64,000 bases of DNA from an uncultured Clostridia bacterium (GTDB lineage: Bacteria > Bacillota > Clostridia > Christensenellales > UBA1242): NCBI GenBank assembly GCA_944381145.1, contig CALWJZ010000002.1, positions 51,681 to 115,680 on the forward strand. The letters are read 5' to 3'. Every line of letters begins with the position of its first letter. Positions within the stretch are counted from its first letter, which is position 1. Made by a program: the position numbers and the translations under genes. The notes beneath the pieces are model-generated. The model did no database searches and was not told the DNA's origin. It saw only the letters and a program-made list of their open reading frames with translations. Positions 1 to 10,900 of this stretch are shown piece after piece.

Positions 1-100
1 AACTTAGAAATTGTAAATTTTATTTTGTTTATATTGAAATTAAATATCTAATTTAAATTTTCTAAAAAAATTTTAATATGTTACTTATATTACTATTTAT

Positions 101-142
101 TAAAAATAAAAGATAATTGTAAATACATACTTACAATTATCT
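101..142 (-). terminator. Rho-independent terminator after the DUF1858 gene
   Basis: Perfect 12-bp inverted repeat agataattgtaa (111-122) / ttacaattatct (131-142) with an 8-nt loop. A T-rich run follows on the minus strand (plus 101-110 taaaaataaa). Confidence 0.5.
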
Positions 143-160
143 ATTTTATTAATATAAAAA

Positions 161-358
161 TTATTTGCTTTCTTCATTTAATTTTTGAATCATTAAATCA
201 AGGTCAATACCATGTACAGAACTTGCTTCTTCTAGAGTTTCCATTTGACTCATAGGACAATGTACACAATGCATTCCAAACCCCTGCAAAATTGATTCTG
301 TATTTTTATTAATTTTTAAAGCTTCACCAATAGTAGTACTTTTAGTAATTTTTTTCAT
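161..358 (-). CDS. DUF1858 / hybrid-cluster-protein-associated redox disulfide domain protein (65 aa)
   Basis: TIGEAL...GMHCVHCPMSQMETLEEASSVHGIDLDLMIQKLNE matches the small GMHC-x-x-CP ... EA-x-x-HGID family pattern. AAGGAG SD upstream of the ATG at 358. Confidence 0.75.
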   Translation of the reverse strand: MKKITKSTTIGEALKINKNTESILQGFGMHCVHCPMSQMETLEEASSVHGIDLDLMIQKLNEESK

Positions 359-443
359 TATTGTATACTCCTTAATAATAGATACTGATTAATTGTATCA
401 CAAAATATGAAATTTATCAATAAAAACAAATTCAAAAGAAATA

Positions 444-1388
444 TTAAAATTTATTTCCACAATTATTACAAGAAGAATTACTTTTTATATTTTTAAATCC
501 ACATTTTGGACATACTTTAAATTCATATAAATTTAGCGAATTTTTTGAAGTTTGCATAGTATTATTTAAATTAGAATTAATTTTAGACTGATGAACTGTT
601 ACGCTATCATTAATATTTTCTGGCTGTAAATTTTTAGGATTATATATAAGATTTGGTGTTAAAAATTTTTTATGCAATAATAGAAAGCTATTTAATTTTT
701 TTTGATATTTTTTTGGAAAATTAATAGCTTTTACTTTAAGATTATTGACATACAGCCCTATATTGTCATAAGCATCTTCTAAATCCGTATTTAATATAGT
801 ATTTAAATAAGAATTATTATTAAAAATTGTTTCTAAACTTATTTTATTCTTTTCAATTTTTTTATTTATTTTATTTCCAATCCAAAGACCAATATCATAA
901 AAAACATCTTTATTATTTTCTTTGCCAGTTTCAGAAATCAAAGACTTTACTATTAAAGCAGAATCAAACACTCTTAAATTACATAATCCACTTACTTGTC
1001 CCTTTAGTTTACCAAATTCCTTTGTTTTTATCATAAATGATTCATCTGATGAAAAACTAAAATCTTTGTATTGTTCAATATTAACAAAATATAAATCAAC
1101 TCTAATTTTTTTTACTTTTTTACCTTTTTTATTGAGCTTATCTATTTTAGCTCGACGATAAGTCTCGGGAATTATTTGTTCAGTTATCTTATATTTGCCT
1201 GGTAAAATTACGTCAGAAACTTTAGATTTATATACGACAACACAATTGGTACCATCTCTTACTATAATGTTTTTATTTAAAAATAAATATTTTTTTTTAT
1301 TTAAAAGAAAGACAATGTGATTATTCATGTTTTCTTCACATTCAATATTTTTATTAAATAAATTTTTTAAAGTAGATAAAATCCCCAT
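444..1388 (-). CDS. SPFH-domain / YdjI-like (COG4260-type) protein with C-terminal zinc ribbon
   Basis: IIVRDGTNCVVVYKSKVSDVILPGKYKI, VDLYFVNIEQYKDFSFSS and GLCNLRVFDSALIV follow the YdjI/virion-core-like SPFH pattern. The C-terminus CPKCGFKN...CNNCGNKF is a CxxC...CxxC ribbon. The track start at 1427 is a TTG; I prefer the ATG at 1388 (MGILSTLKNLF), but the start is uncertain. Confidence 0.65.
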   Translation of the reverse strand: MGILSTLKNLFNKNIECEENMNNHIVFLLNKKKYLFLNKNIIVRDGTNCVVVYKSKVSDVILPGKYKITEQIIPETYRRAKIDKLNKKGKKVKKIRVDLYFVNIEQYKDFSFSSDESFMIKTKEFGKLKGQVSGLCNLRVFDSALIVKSLISETGKENNKDVFYDIGLWIGNKINKKIEKNKISLETIFNNNSYLNTILNTDLEDAYDNIGLYVNNLKVKAINFPKKYQKKLNSFLLLHKKFLTPNLIYNPKNLQPENINDSVTVHQSKINSNLNNTMQTSKNSLNLYEFKVCPKCGFKNIKSNSSCNNCGNKF

Positions 1389-1510
1389 ATACTTTGATAG
1401 TTTAACACAAAATGTAGTTTGATACAAATCTATTAGTTAATTATTTGAAAAAGTCATAATGTTTGCAAACAATTAATATAATTTAATAATTAACAAAATG
1501 GAGAATAAAA

Positions 1511-2242
1511 ATGAAAAAAATTTCTGATATAATTTCTATGCCAATCATAAGTCTTTATGAAGGCGAATACATAGGAATAGTTTATAATGTAATGTTTGAT
1601 TATAGACTAAAAAAATGTAATTATGCTATTATTTTAGATGAAAAAGAAAATATTAATTATGCTATAAAATTTAAAGATATATACAAAATTGGAAATCAAT
1701 GTATTTACATAAAAAATAAAACTTGTTTAAACCTTGAAAGTAATTGTTTAAAAGAACTTGAAGAAAATTTAAGTCCAATTAATTTAAAAGTTTATAGTTT
1801 AAATTGTGAGTTATTAGGAACAAGTAACGATATTGTTATAAACGAAAAATATGAAATAAATGAATTAATAATGAATAATGGGACAAGCATATCAAGTGAT
1901 AATATATTTAATATAGGCAAAAATGTTATAATAGTTGGAAAAGTCAAATTTACTCCAAATTTATTCAAGCCAAAGCAAAAAATAGTAAAATTACCTCAAA
2001 ATGAAAATAAAGTAATGATATTATCTGATTTTATAAAATCTGAAACCAAATCAAATATTTCCACAAGTAAAATAATAACTGATTTTAGATTTTTAATCGG
2101 TAGAGTTTTAAGTAAAGATGTCAAAGCTCTTAACGGTGAAATGATAGCCAAAAAGAATTCTATTATCACAAAAGATATTGTAAACAAAGCTAGTTCATAT
2201 GGCAAATTAGTTGAAATAGCAAGATATAGTAATAAGAATTAA
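1511..2242 (+). CDS. PRC-barrel domain protein (243 aa)
   Basis: The N-terminus ISMPIISLYEGEYIGIVYNVMFD...KCNYAIILDEKEN resembles YlmC/YmxH-type PRC barrels. GGAGA SD 7 nt upstream of the ATG. Confidence 0.5.
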   Translation: MKKISDIISMPIISLYEGEYIGIVYNVMFDYRLKKCNYAIILDEKENINYAIKFKDIYKIGNQCIYIKNKTCLNLESNCLKELEENLSPINLKVYSLNCELLGTSNDIVINEKYEINELIMNNGTSISSDNIFNIGKNVIIVGKVKFTPNLFKPKQKIVKLPQNENKVMILSDFIKSETKSNISTSKIITDFRFLIGRVLSKDVKALNGEMIAKKNSIITKDIVNKASSYGKLVEIARYSNKN

Positions 2243-2270
2243 AAAAATACTCACATTTGTGAGTATTTTT
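2243..2270. terminator. Bidirectional hairpin terminator between convergent genes
   Basis: atactcac (2247-2254) pairs with gtgagtat (2259-2266). It is flanked by an A-run and a T-run, and sits between the stop at 2240-2242 (+) and the stop at 2276-2278 (-). Confidence 0.7.
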
Positions 2271-2275
2271 ATTAT

Positions 2276-4402
2276 TTATTTTTTTAATTTTTTTGCACTA
2301 TCAAGTAATCCTTGTAGAGAAGTTTTCTTTTTTTCAGATTTCTCATTATTATTTTGTGAATCTTCTATATTATCAGTAGGTTGTTCTTCGTTTTTGTTTT
2401 TATCATCATTTTTTTCTGAAACTTCTTGTTGTTGTTCAGTATTTTCTAATGAATTGCTATCGGTAACATTTTGAGTATTATCTTCATTTTTACTTTCTAC
2501 AACCTTGATAGTATCGTCAATAGAATTTGCTAAATCATTTTGATTATTTATTAGTTCTTTATTTGTTTTTTCAATATCATTCTGAATGTTTGCAAATGCA
2601 GCAAAAGGATTAGCTTCTTTTTCAGCTTCTAGTTTTTCTCTTTCTTTGATTGCTTCAATATCTTTATTATAATCAGAATTTGCACGATTAACTTCTCTTA
2701 GTTTTTCAAGCAATTCATTTTCTTCTGCCTTTAGTTGTGCATCTCTTTTGTCTGAAGCCACTATTTCAGCAATTGAATTTTTCTTTTTAGTTTCAACTTG
2801 AATCTCTTCTTCATCTTCATCTATATCATCAAGTTTTCTTCTCTTTTTCTTTTCGCTGACACGCTGTCTAAATTCAGGAGTATTGAAATAATCTCTTACA
2901 TTATTTATAGCTTCGATTTCTGCCAATCTTACTTTTATATCTTGTTCAAGTTTTAAAATATATTCTTGTTTAGCTTTTATATCTGCATCTTGATCTGCAA
3001 CAAGCAATGTCATTTTGTCAATTTCTTCTTGCAAAATTTTTGCTTTTTCTTCTTTTTCTTTTAAAATTGGTTCTTGTTGAGCTTGTAGTTCCTTATTTAT
3101 CTGTCCCCAAACTTTATTTGCATATGTTCTACATTCACTCATCATATTCTCTTCAACTTGTGCTTTCTTTTCTTTGATTTCAGCAGTTAATTGAGCAATT
3201 TCTTGATCCATTTCTTGCTGTTGTTTCTCGAAGTTTACTTTTGAATATTCATAATCTTTTTCTAATTGTTGTTGCTTTTGTTGTTCTTCGTTATATCTTT
3301 TCTTTAAGTAGTTGGCTTCAATTTTTACACTTGTAGCATTTAATTGTTCTGTCAAAGACGCCATATTTTCTCTAACTGCTTGAGATTTTCTTTCATATTC
3401 TTTCGTTACTTCATCAAAAGCTTTTTGGAAATTAAACATCTCTTGTTCTTTGGAATTAATTCTTTCAGTAATTCCTCTCTTAAAATTAAAATATTTTTCG
3501 CCTTCTAACATTGCCCTATCTAGAAGTATCGCACTTTCTACACCTACAGGTTCGAAATTAAAGTCTTCGAAATGATTTGCATTCATTTCTGCTTCTTCTG
3601 CTTCTTTTTGTTCTTGTAAAGCACGTTTTTCAAGATACTCTTGCAAAACAGGTATAGCCTCTCTAATCTCTTTTGGAGTAAATAAAACTTCGTAATCTAC
3701 AAAAGATGGCATTGTTGAACAAGCCTTGTTTAAATATCTTTCAAATTCGTGAAACTCATAATACAAATCAGCGTATCTACTTGATTCTAGAAGTTTTAGC
3801 ACAGTTGTAATAAACAAGCCAACGAATATATATACCAAAGGCCACAACATTATTTCAAAGAAACCTTCAAAAGTATCAATCGTTTTGTCCACACCAGCTT
3901 GTAAAGGTGCACTATAAACACATGCCAAATTAAATAACATGGTAAGTGCTGCAACCATAATTGTTATAAACAAGACTGCATTAGATATATTTTTGTACGC
4001 ACTACTTCTTGTAGGCTGATCTATACATGTTACAGAATTTATATATTCAGAAGGTTGTCTATCTCTATTAAGCATATATTCATGCCATGAATATCTAAGA
4101 GTTTTTGGTACTTGTTTAAACTTATTGTTAACTTCAACTAAATTATCTTCATTTATAAATGGATTTTTCTTAAAATATCTATTGAAACCAGAAACACTAC
4201 GAAGTAATCTAGATTCATAAGTTCTAGAAATTAATATACAGCAAATTACAACACCAACCACAAAAACGGCTAGTGAAATAAAGAATACATACATAAGTCC
4301 TGCAGTTTCACTACCACCACCAGCAAATCCACCAATAGTTTTAAAAACATTCATTATGCTGTCCATTAAATTATCTGCTAACATTTGACGCGCATTAAAC
4401 AT
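2276..4402 (-). CDS. Membrane protein: 3 predicted TM helices + ~450-aa coiled coil + acidic low-complexity tail (708 aa)
   Basis: Hydrophobic segments at aa 36-58, 142-163 and 181-205. From about aa 250 the sequence is E/K/Q-rich with heptad character (QQQKQQQLEKDYEYSKVNFEKQQQEMDQEIAQLTAEIKEKKAQVEE). No family recognised. AGGAGA SD. Confidence 0.6.
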   Translation of the reverse strand: MFNARQMLADNLMDSIMNVFKTIGGFAGGGSETAGLMYVFFISLAVFVVGVVICCILISRTYESRLLRSVSGFNRYFKKNPFINEDNLVEVNNKFKQVPKTLRYSWHEYMLNRDRQPSEYINSVTCIDQPTRSSAYKNISNAVLFITIMVAALTMLFNLACVYSAPLQAGVDKTIDTFEGFFEIMLWPLVYIFVGLFITTVLKLLESSRYADLYYEFHEFERYLNKACSTMPSFVDYEVLFTPKEIREAIPVLQEYLEKRALQEQKEAEEAEMNANHFEDFNFEPVGVESAILLDRAMLEGEKYFNFKRGITERINSKEQEMFNFQKAFDEVTKEYERKSQAVRENMASLTEQLNATSVKIEANYLKKRYNEEQQKQQQLEKDYEYSKVNFEKQQQEMDQEIAQLTAEIKEKKAQVEENMMSECRTYANKVWGQINKELQAQQEPILKEKEEKAKILQEEIDKMTLLVADQDADIKAKQEYILKLEQDIKVRLAEIEAINNVRDYFNTPEFRQRVSEKKKRRKLDDIDEDEEEIQVETKKKNSIAEIVASDKRDAQLKAEENELLEKLREVNRANSDYNKDIEAIKEREKLEAEKEANPFAAFANIQNDIEKTNKELINNQNDLANSIDDTIKVVESKNEDNTQNVTDSNSLENTEQQQEVSEKNDDKNKNEEQPTDNIEDSQNNNEKSEKKKTSLQGLLDSAKKLKK

Positions 4403-4440
4403 ATTTTTCTCCTAATTTCATTTTTCTATATACATATAAG

Positions 4441-4449
4441 ATTATATCA
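4441..4449 (-). promoter_or_regulatory. Extended -10 promoter (TGaTATAAT) for the 708-aa gene
   Basis: The reverse complement of attatatca is TGATATAAT. It lies about 40 nt upstream of the ATG at 4402, with the AGGAGA SD in between. Confidence 0.4.
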
Positions 4450-4498
4450 TATAGTAAAATAATTAACTAACAAATTTAGATATAAATTTCAAAAATTT

Positions 4499-7400
4499 TC
4501 AAATTACTTCAATTAACTTACCCAAGTAAAATGAATATAAAAATTTCTTATTTATCGGTATATTTGTTGCTTTTTCAAAAGCTGTTTTATATATTTCTAA
4601 TTGCAAGGCATAATTTGAAATCAATTGTTGTTCGTTAGAAGTTCTATTAGTTTTGTAATCTATTAAATATGCCCCATCATCAGTAACAACAACCAAATCA
4701 ATCACACCTTGAATTATTACCTTAGTATTATTATCGCTATTTTTAATAAATTTATTATAATTTTCTTGTAGTAAAAATTGCTTTTCTTTGTATATTTTAG
4801 TGGAGCTTTTTATATATTTTTGCAATGTTTCTTTTGCTGTAATAATTTCATTAATATTTACTTGATTTATTATATCTGATGAAATAATATTAGATCTTAT
4901 AAGGTTTTGTATTATTTCTTGAATTTCTTCCTTTGTTTCGTCAAAATTAAGACTTTGCATAATACTATGGTAAGCAGTTCCAATTTTTAAAAAGTCCAAA
5001 CTTTCTAATTTATCACTAACATCTAATTTATTTGGCAAACAATTAATGTTTTCATAATCAACTTCTTCTTTCAAAATATTTGTAACATTATTTTTAATTG
5101 TAAAAGAATTTGTATTTGGCAAATTTTGGTGCTTATTTAATAATGAATTAGTGAGATCAATATTATCTTCTTCTAAATATACTTCACTAGTTATAAGTTT
5201 GTCTTGAGAAATAATATCGTTTATATCTATAATATTAACATAAGCTTGTGATGAATCTTTTTCATTCATAATAAAAGTGTGTTTATTTGATATATTTGAA
5301 TCATATGTATTCGGAATCGCTTTGAAAATCATATCAAAATAATTCAAAGAGTTATAAATATCCTTTAATTTTGAATTTTTATAATTATCAAGATTGTACT
5401 CCCCTATTAAACTCAGATATTCTTTTGGTCTAGTCATAGCAACATAGAGCAATCTTATTTCTTCATCCATTTCTGATTTTTTATTATCTATTTTGCAAGC
5501 ATTTCTTACAAGAGTTTCTTGCAATGTTCTGTCCATAACATCTATACTTTTTAGCCCAACACCAAATTTATCATTGATTATTATATCATTTGTATCCTTA
5601 TTAATAGTAAATTTTTTTCCAAGTCCAGCAATTATTACTGCTGGGAATTCAAGTCCTTTACTATAATGAATAGTCATAATTTGTACAGCATTTCCATTTG
5701 TACCAATTTTTTGCATAATAGTTTGATCAGAAATATAATTTAAATAGTCTAAGAATTTGTCTAAATTGTACTGATAATTTGAATTATCAAGCAAAGACAA
5801 AAAATAGTTAATATTATTTACTTTTTCATAACCATTTGGCAAACTTTTTAAATATATTGTAATGTTATATTCTAATAATATTTTTTCTATCAATTCTTTT
5901 ATGTTATGATTTGCCAAATAAATATTCGAATCATTTATGAATGTAAAAAATTTTGAAATTTTAATTTTAATTTTTTCAGGCAAATTTTCATTTTCTATAC
6001 ATTCATAAAAATATTTTTCTTCACAACTTTGTCTAATATTTAATAGTTCAGTATCATTGACATCAAATAAATTTTTTAAAACTACAGTTAAACTAATATC
6101 ATCTTTGTAATTTGATAATACTTTTAAAATTGAAACTAAAAGATTTATCTCACTTGTGTCGAATAAATTATTAGCAATTGTTGCGTTTATAGGAATTTGC
6201 AAAGAATTTAAAGTATCACAAATAGTTTTAACAAAAGATCCCCTTTTTCTAACAATGATAGCAATATCTTTATATGTAAAAAACTCTCCATCTTTCTTTC
6301 TTCTTGTAAGCAAATTACTTATTGTATCTGCAATTACAATTGCTTCTTTTGTCTCCTTTTCTACGTCTTCTTCATCAATATCTGAAGTATTTATAATTTT
6401 TAAATCAACATTACAATTTTCAAATTCATTTTGAGATTCAAATCTTGAATTTTCACTATAATTAATTCCAATAGTTTTTTCTGTAATTAACTTATCAAAA
6501 ACTAAATTATTAAATTCTAGAATATTTTTATCACTTCTATAATTTTTATTAAAATTTATAACAATATTTTTTTCGCCATCTTTTTGAAATTTATAAAATT
6601 TATTTACAAATATTTGTGGAGATGACTGTCTAAAAGCATAAATACTTTGTTTTACGTCACCAATCATATAATAATTATTATCAGAAATTATATTTGATAA
6701 TATATATTCCTGCTTTTCATTTATGTCTTGATATTCATCAAAGAATATAAATTTATAATTATTTTTTAAAATGCTTTTTATATTTTGAATTTTCAACAAT
6801 TCAATCATTTTGTCTTCCAAATCATTGAAATCTAGAGCATTTCTTTTTTGTTTTAAAGAAGAATATGTCTGCACTACTTCTTTTTCAATTTCAACTAATT
6901 TTTGAGTATTTAATTTGCTTATTTTAAAACTTTTTTTCAAATCATCTTCATTGTCAAATATAACATATTCTTTTATTTTTCTTATAAAATCATTTAAATT
7001 TTTATTAAATTTATCTACCTTTTCATCAAAATCTAATTCATCAACATTAGCATTTTTAGATTTAGTTGGTTTTTTTATGGTTTGCAAATTAAAAATAACT
7101 TTATATAACTGCGTAAATGTATTTAAATTGCAAATTTCATCAATTAATTGATTTTTTATAGCCAAAAAATCCACATACTTATCGAATGAATTTTCTTTTG
7201 CATAGGATAATAATTCTTCAACTTTATACTTACAAGGAATAATAATTTTTTTAGCATAACTTAGAATATAATTACAAACTGGGTTTTTATCTAAATTTGT
7301 TTCATAACTAGTATTCAAAGTGTTTTCTAACCAATTTTGACTATTTATTTTATTGCTTAAATATGTTGACAAATTTACAATCATTTGTCTTAGAACTGTA

Positions 7401-7903
7401 TCATTTCTTTTGTCATTATAACTATCATATAATTCAAAAAATATTTCATCATTAGATAATATATGTCTTTCAAATACTGTATTAATTGCCATATCATGCA
7501 AATATTTCGATTCTTTATCAGATAAAACATAAAAGTCAGGACTTAAATTAATTTCATAAAAATATTTAACAATTAATTTTTTGCAGACTGAGTGCAGAGT
7601 TCCAATTTCAGCAGTATTAATAGCATCTAATTGTTTTTTTAAAAAGGTAACATCAAAAGCATTAGAATCATGTATAAGATTTGATAATTCCAAAAATAAT
7701 TTTTGCTTTATTTCACTAGCAGCAGCTTCGGTAAATGTTAATATTAATAAATTATCTATAGAAACATGTTCTTCACACAAAAGTAACATGATTTTGTTAA
7801 TCATTGAAGAAGTTTTGCCAGAACCTGCTGAAGCAGAAACCAACACATTACGATTTTTTGAGTTCAAAAATTCTAGTTGTTCACTATTTGGCTCAAATTT
7901 CAT
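4499..7903 (-). CDS. addA: ATP-dependent helicase/nuclease AddA (UvrD/PcrA-type helicase + RecB-family nuclease)
   Basis: Walker A VSASAGSGKTS; UvrD-like motifs (FDEYQDIN, TIHYSKGLEFP, LLYVAMTRPKE). C-terminal nuclease motif GVIDLVVVTDDGAYLIDYKTN. The ATG overlaps the addB stop by 1 nt (TAATG at 7901-7905). Confidence 0.93.
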   Translation of the reverse strand: MKFEPNSEQLEFLNSKNRNVLVSASAGSGKTSSMINKIMLLLCEEHVSIDNLLILTFTEAAASEIKQKLFLELSNLIHDSNAFDVTFLKKQLDAINTAEIGTLHSVCKKLIVKYFYEINLSPDFYVLSDKESKYLHDMAINTVFERHILSNDEIFFELYDSYNDKRNDTVLRQMIVNLSTYLSNKINSQNWLENTLNTSYETNLDKNPVCNYILSYAKKIIIPCKYKVEELLSYAKENSFDKYVDFLAIKNQLIDEICNLNTFTQLYKVIFNLQTIKKPTKSKNANVDELDFDEKVDKFNKNLNDFIRKIKEYVIFDNEDDLKKSFKISKLNTQKLVEIEKEVVQTYSSLKQKRNALDFNDLEDKMIELLKIQNIKSILKNNYKFIFFDEYQDINEKQEYILSNIISDNNYYMIGDVKQSIYAFRQSSPQIFVNKFYKFQKDGEKNIVINFNKNYRSDKNILEFNNLVFDKLITEKTIGINYSENSRFESQNEFENCNVDLKIINTSDIDEEDVEKETKEAIVIADTISNLLTRRKKDGEFFTYKDIAIIVRKRGSFVKTICDTLNSLQIPINATIANNLFDTSEINLLVSILKVLSNYKDDISLTVVLKNLFDVNDTELLNIRQSCEEKYFYECIENENLPEKIKIKISKFFTFINDSNIYLANHNIKELIEKILLEYNITIYLKSLPNGYEKVNNINYFLSLLDNSNYQYNLDKFLDYLNYISDQTIMQKIGTNGNAVQIMTIHYSKGLEFPAVIIAGLGKKFTINKDTNDIIINDKFGVGLKSIDVMDRTLQETLVRNACKIDNKKSEMDEEIRLLYVAMTRPKEYLSLIGEYNLDNYKNSKLKDIYNSLNYFDMIFKAIPNTYDSNISNKHTFIMNEKDSSQAYVNIIDINDIISQDKLITSEVYLEEDNIDLTNSLLNKHQNLPNTNSFTIKNNVTNILKEEVDYENINCLPNKLDVSDKLESLDFLKIGTAYHSIMQSLNFDETKEEIQEIIQNLIRSNIISSDIINQVNINEIITAKETLQKYIKSSTKIYKEKQFLLQENYNKFIKNSDNNTKVIIQGVIDLVVVTDDGAYLIDYKTNRTSNEQQLISNYALQLEIYKTAFEKATNIPINKKFLYSFYLGKLIEVI

Positions 7904-10900
7904 TAATCATGCTCCTTTTCTTTATTTTTTAAATCTTCTATAGTTTTTATGTCTACAACTTTCCTTTCATTATTGTTTAAATAATTACAAAGTCCTCTGT
8001 ATTCACAATAATCACATGACAATTTTTGTCCATCTTTCAAAGGACTAGGTGAGATTTTTCCTTTTGTAATATTATTTACTGCATTTTCAACCTTTTTGAT
8101 AGCATAATTTAGCAAATAATCAAAATCATCTTCAGACAAACAAAGACGATTATAAAAATTATTTTTATAAAATTCTGCATCTTTTGTTGTACTTAAATTG
8201 ATTACAAAACTTTTGTAATTTGAATTTAATAAATTATTGTCTATAGCATACAAATTATTTTTTGAATTAAGTGTGACACCTCTAAATTTATAATAATCTT
8301 CTTTTGTTTTCTTAATATTATTATTTATAGGCAAATAAAATACACCCGTTGGTTTTAATTTTTTTTCAAGTTCAAATGCCCTAGCATAAATAAGCAGTTG
8401 TAATTTTTTTCCACTAAATACATCATTATAATTATCAAAGTTACTATCACCTGTTTTATAATCTATAACTATAAAATTGTTATTCCAAACATCAATTCTA
8501 TCAATACAACCTTTTATTTTTATTCCTTTTATTAATTTATTTGTTTCAAAATTGTACTCTAAAAAATTAATATTTGGCTTATAACTACTTACATTTATTT
8601 CATTAAAAATCCCTTCACATATTCTATCTATTTCTCTATATAATGCTTTCAATATATAAGCATTAATAGGATTATCTTTGATAAGTTTGTATTCGTTTGA
8701 ATTCAATAAAAAATCGAGATATTTTTTTGCATCATTTTTTATAAAATCCAAACTTTTATTCTGTAAAATTATTGAAATAGTATGCTTCAATATTTTGTGA
8801 ATCAATATTCCTATATCATTTGGTTGTAACTCAAAATCTTTTTTCTTGTTTGCTTTAAGACCATATCTTGCAAAATATTTATAAGGACAATCAAAATATG
8901 TCTCTATTTGACTTATACTAGTTGTATTGTCATTTAGAAGATTTGCATTTTCTATATCATTAATAATGTTTACTAATTTATTATTTTCTAACAAAATTTT
9001 TATATTTGGATTTTTACAAGCTCTAAAGAGAGAACTTACCATTTGCCTAAACTGAGGCATTTTTTCATAAATATCCCAATCTTTTACGCAAGATAAAATA
9101 TTATCTACTATTTTTGAATCAGTTGAATTGTTAAATATAAAATTTTCATAATTATTATTTAAAGCATTATTTATTAAATTTAATTTTATTGAACCATCTT
9201 TTACATTTAAATCAAAAAGTTTTATGAAGCTAATTACAAGATTATTTGGATAAAGTTTCCCTTCACTGCTTGTTAAAACATAACTAAGATATAACTTTTT
9301 CCTTGCTTTAAAACAAATATCAAATAATTTAAAATTTTTTCGCATATTTAACATTGCAATAGTTGGATTTATTTTTTTTGCATTTGGCAATTTTGCAATC
9401 TCATCATCAGTAACCAGTCCATTATCTATTTTAAAAGATGGTAATTTTCCTTCATTACAACCTAAAATATATACATAATCATACATAGACAAGTAACTAG
9501 AATTGAAGTCTGCAACAAAAAGTGTATTACTTGTTATTGGCGGTAAACTAATATTCGTAGATTGAAAATAAGATTTGTATGTTTCAACAAATTCATCAAA
9601 ATTTCCAACATTTTTAGAAAAGACACCACCAAAATCATTGTTAATACTCTCAAATTTTGACATTACTTGTTGAAAAACTCTAATTTGCAATGGATCAAGC
9701 ACACTCAAAAAGTTATCTAATTTGCGCGTTATATAATTATATATAGGCAAAACAATATTATTCAAATATTCTTCATAACATTTTTCTTTGTTTGCAAATT
9801 CTTTCCATTCTTTTAAATAAGTAATAAATTCCAAAATTTCTTTATTTTCGATGTCTTGATATTCAAAACAAGACCAACCTTTTTTCCCAGATTTATCTAA
9901 AAAATTGTCATAATTCAAAACATCAGAAAAATCAAAATTTAGCAACTTTGATTTCAAAATTGAAGTAAATTCACTTTTTGAAAAATCATTATATAACAAA
10001 TTAAATATATCAAAAATTGTTCTAATCAGTAGATGATCACAAAGCAATTGATTTTCATCAAAATAATAAGGGATATTATAATAATTTATCTCTTCCTTTA
10101 TTAGATTTTTATAAGTTTGCATACTAGGTACAACTAAAGCAAAATCAGAAAAATTTAATTCTTTTTGTTCAATAACTTTATTGTAAATATCTGCAAGAAT
10201 ATACTTTATTTCATCATTAACATTTTCAAAATTCGTTACATTTAAATTTTCACAATTTATTTTTAATTTTTCAGGTTCATAAGATAATAAATTTTGCGCC
10301 AAAATCATCTCAATTTTATTTTGATAATTATCTAGCCTATTAATATTAAAACTTAAACCTTTAAATTTAAACAAATCAATCAAATCATAATAAACTTTAT
10401 TAGAAAAAATATTGCTATTATTATTTTCTTTTCCATAAGTACATGTTATGTATAATTTTTCACTAAACTTAGCCAATTTTGCAATAATCTCATACATTAA
10501 ACTAGTGAAGTCATCAAATTCTACAAAATAATAGCAAGTGTTGTTACAGAAATCTTTATCAATTAAATTTGCAAATAACTTTAATTGATTGAAACTATCT
10601 GTGTAATCATTTTTCAGAAATTTTTCATATTCAGTGTATATTAGTTTTATATCTTTCTGCTTTAAATTTGCGTAATCTCGACTATCATTTACAAATACTT
10701 CTTCACATGAAATATTACAACTTTTTAGCAAACATATAGTTTCAAATAAAGAATTAGCAAATCCCATAAAATTTGTAGATTTTGTAAATATTTCAAGATT
10801 ATCTTTATTTTCAATTAGAAGTTTTTTAATCAAAGCCACCCCTGACTGTTTAGTTAAAATTTTTTTTGAATTATGTTGTGAAAGGAGTTGTTTTGATAAT

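Noticed and set aside
2276-4402. ZorA-like (Zorya anti-phage) reading of the 3-TM + long coiled-coil protein
   Set aside because: There is no MotB/OmpA-like ZorB partner or other Zorya genes nearby. The TM2-TM3 region lacks the MotA/ExbB-type conserved motif. The neighbours are addBA and a PRC-barrel gene.
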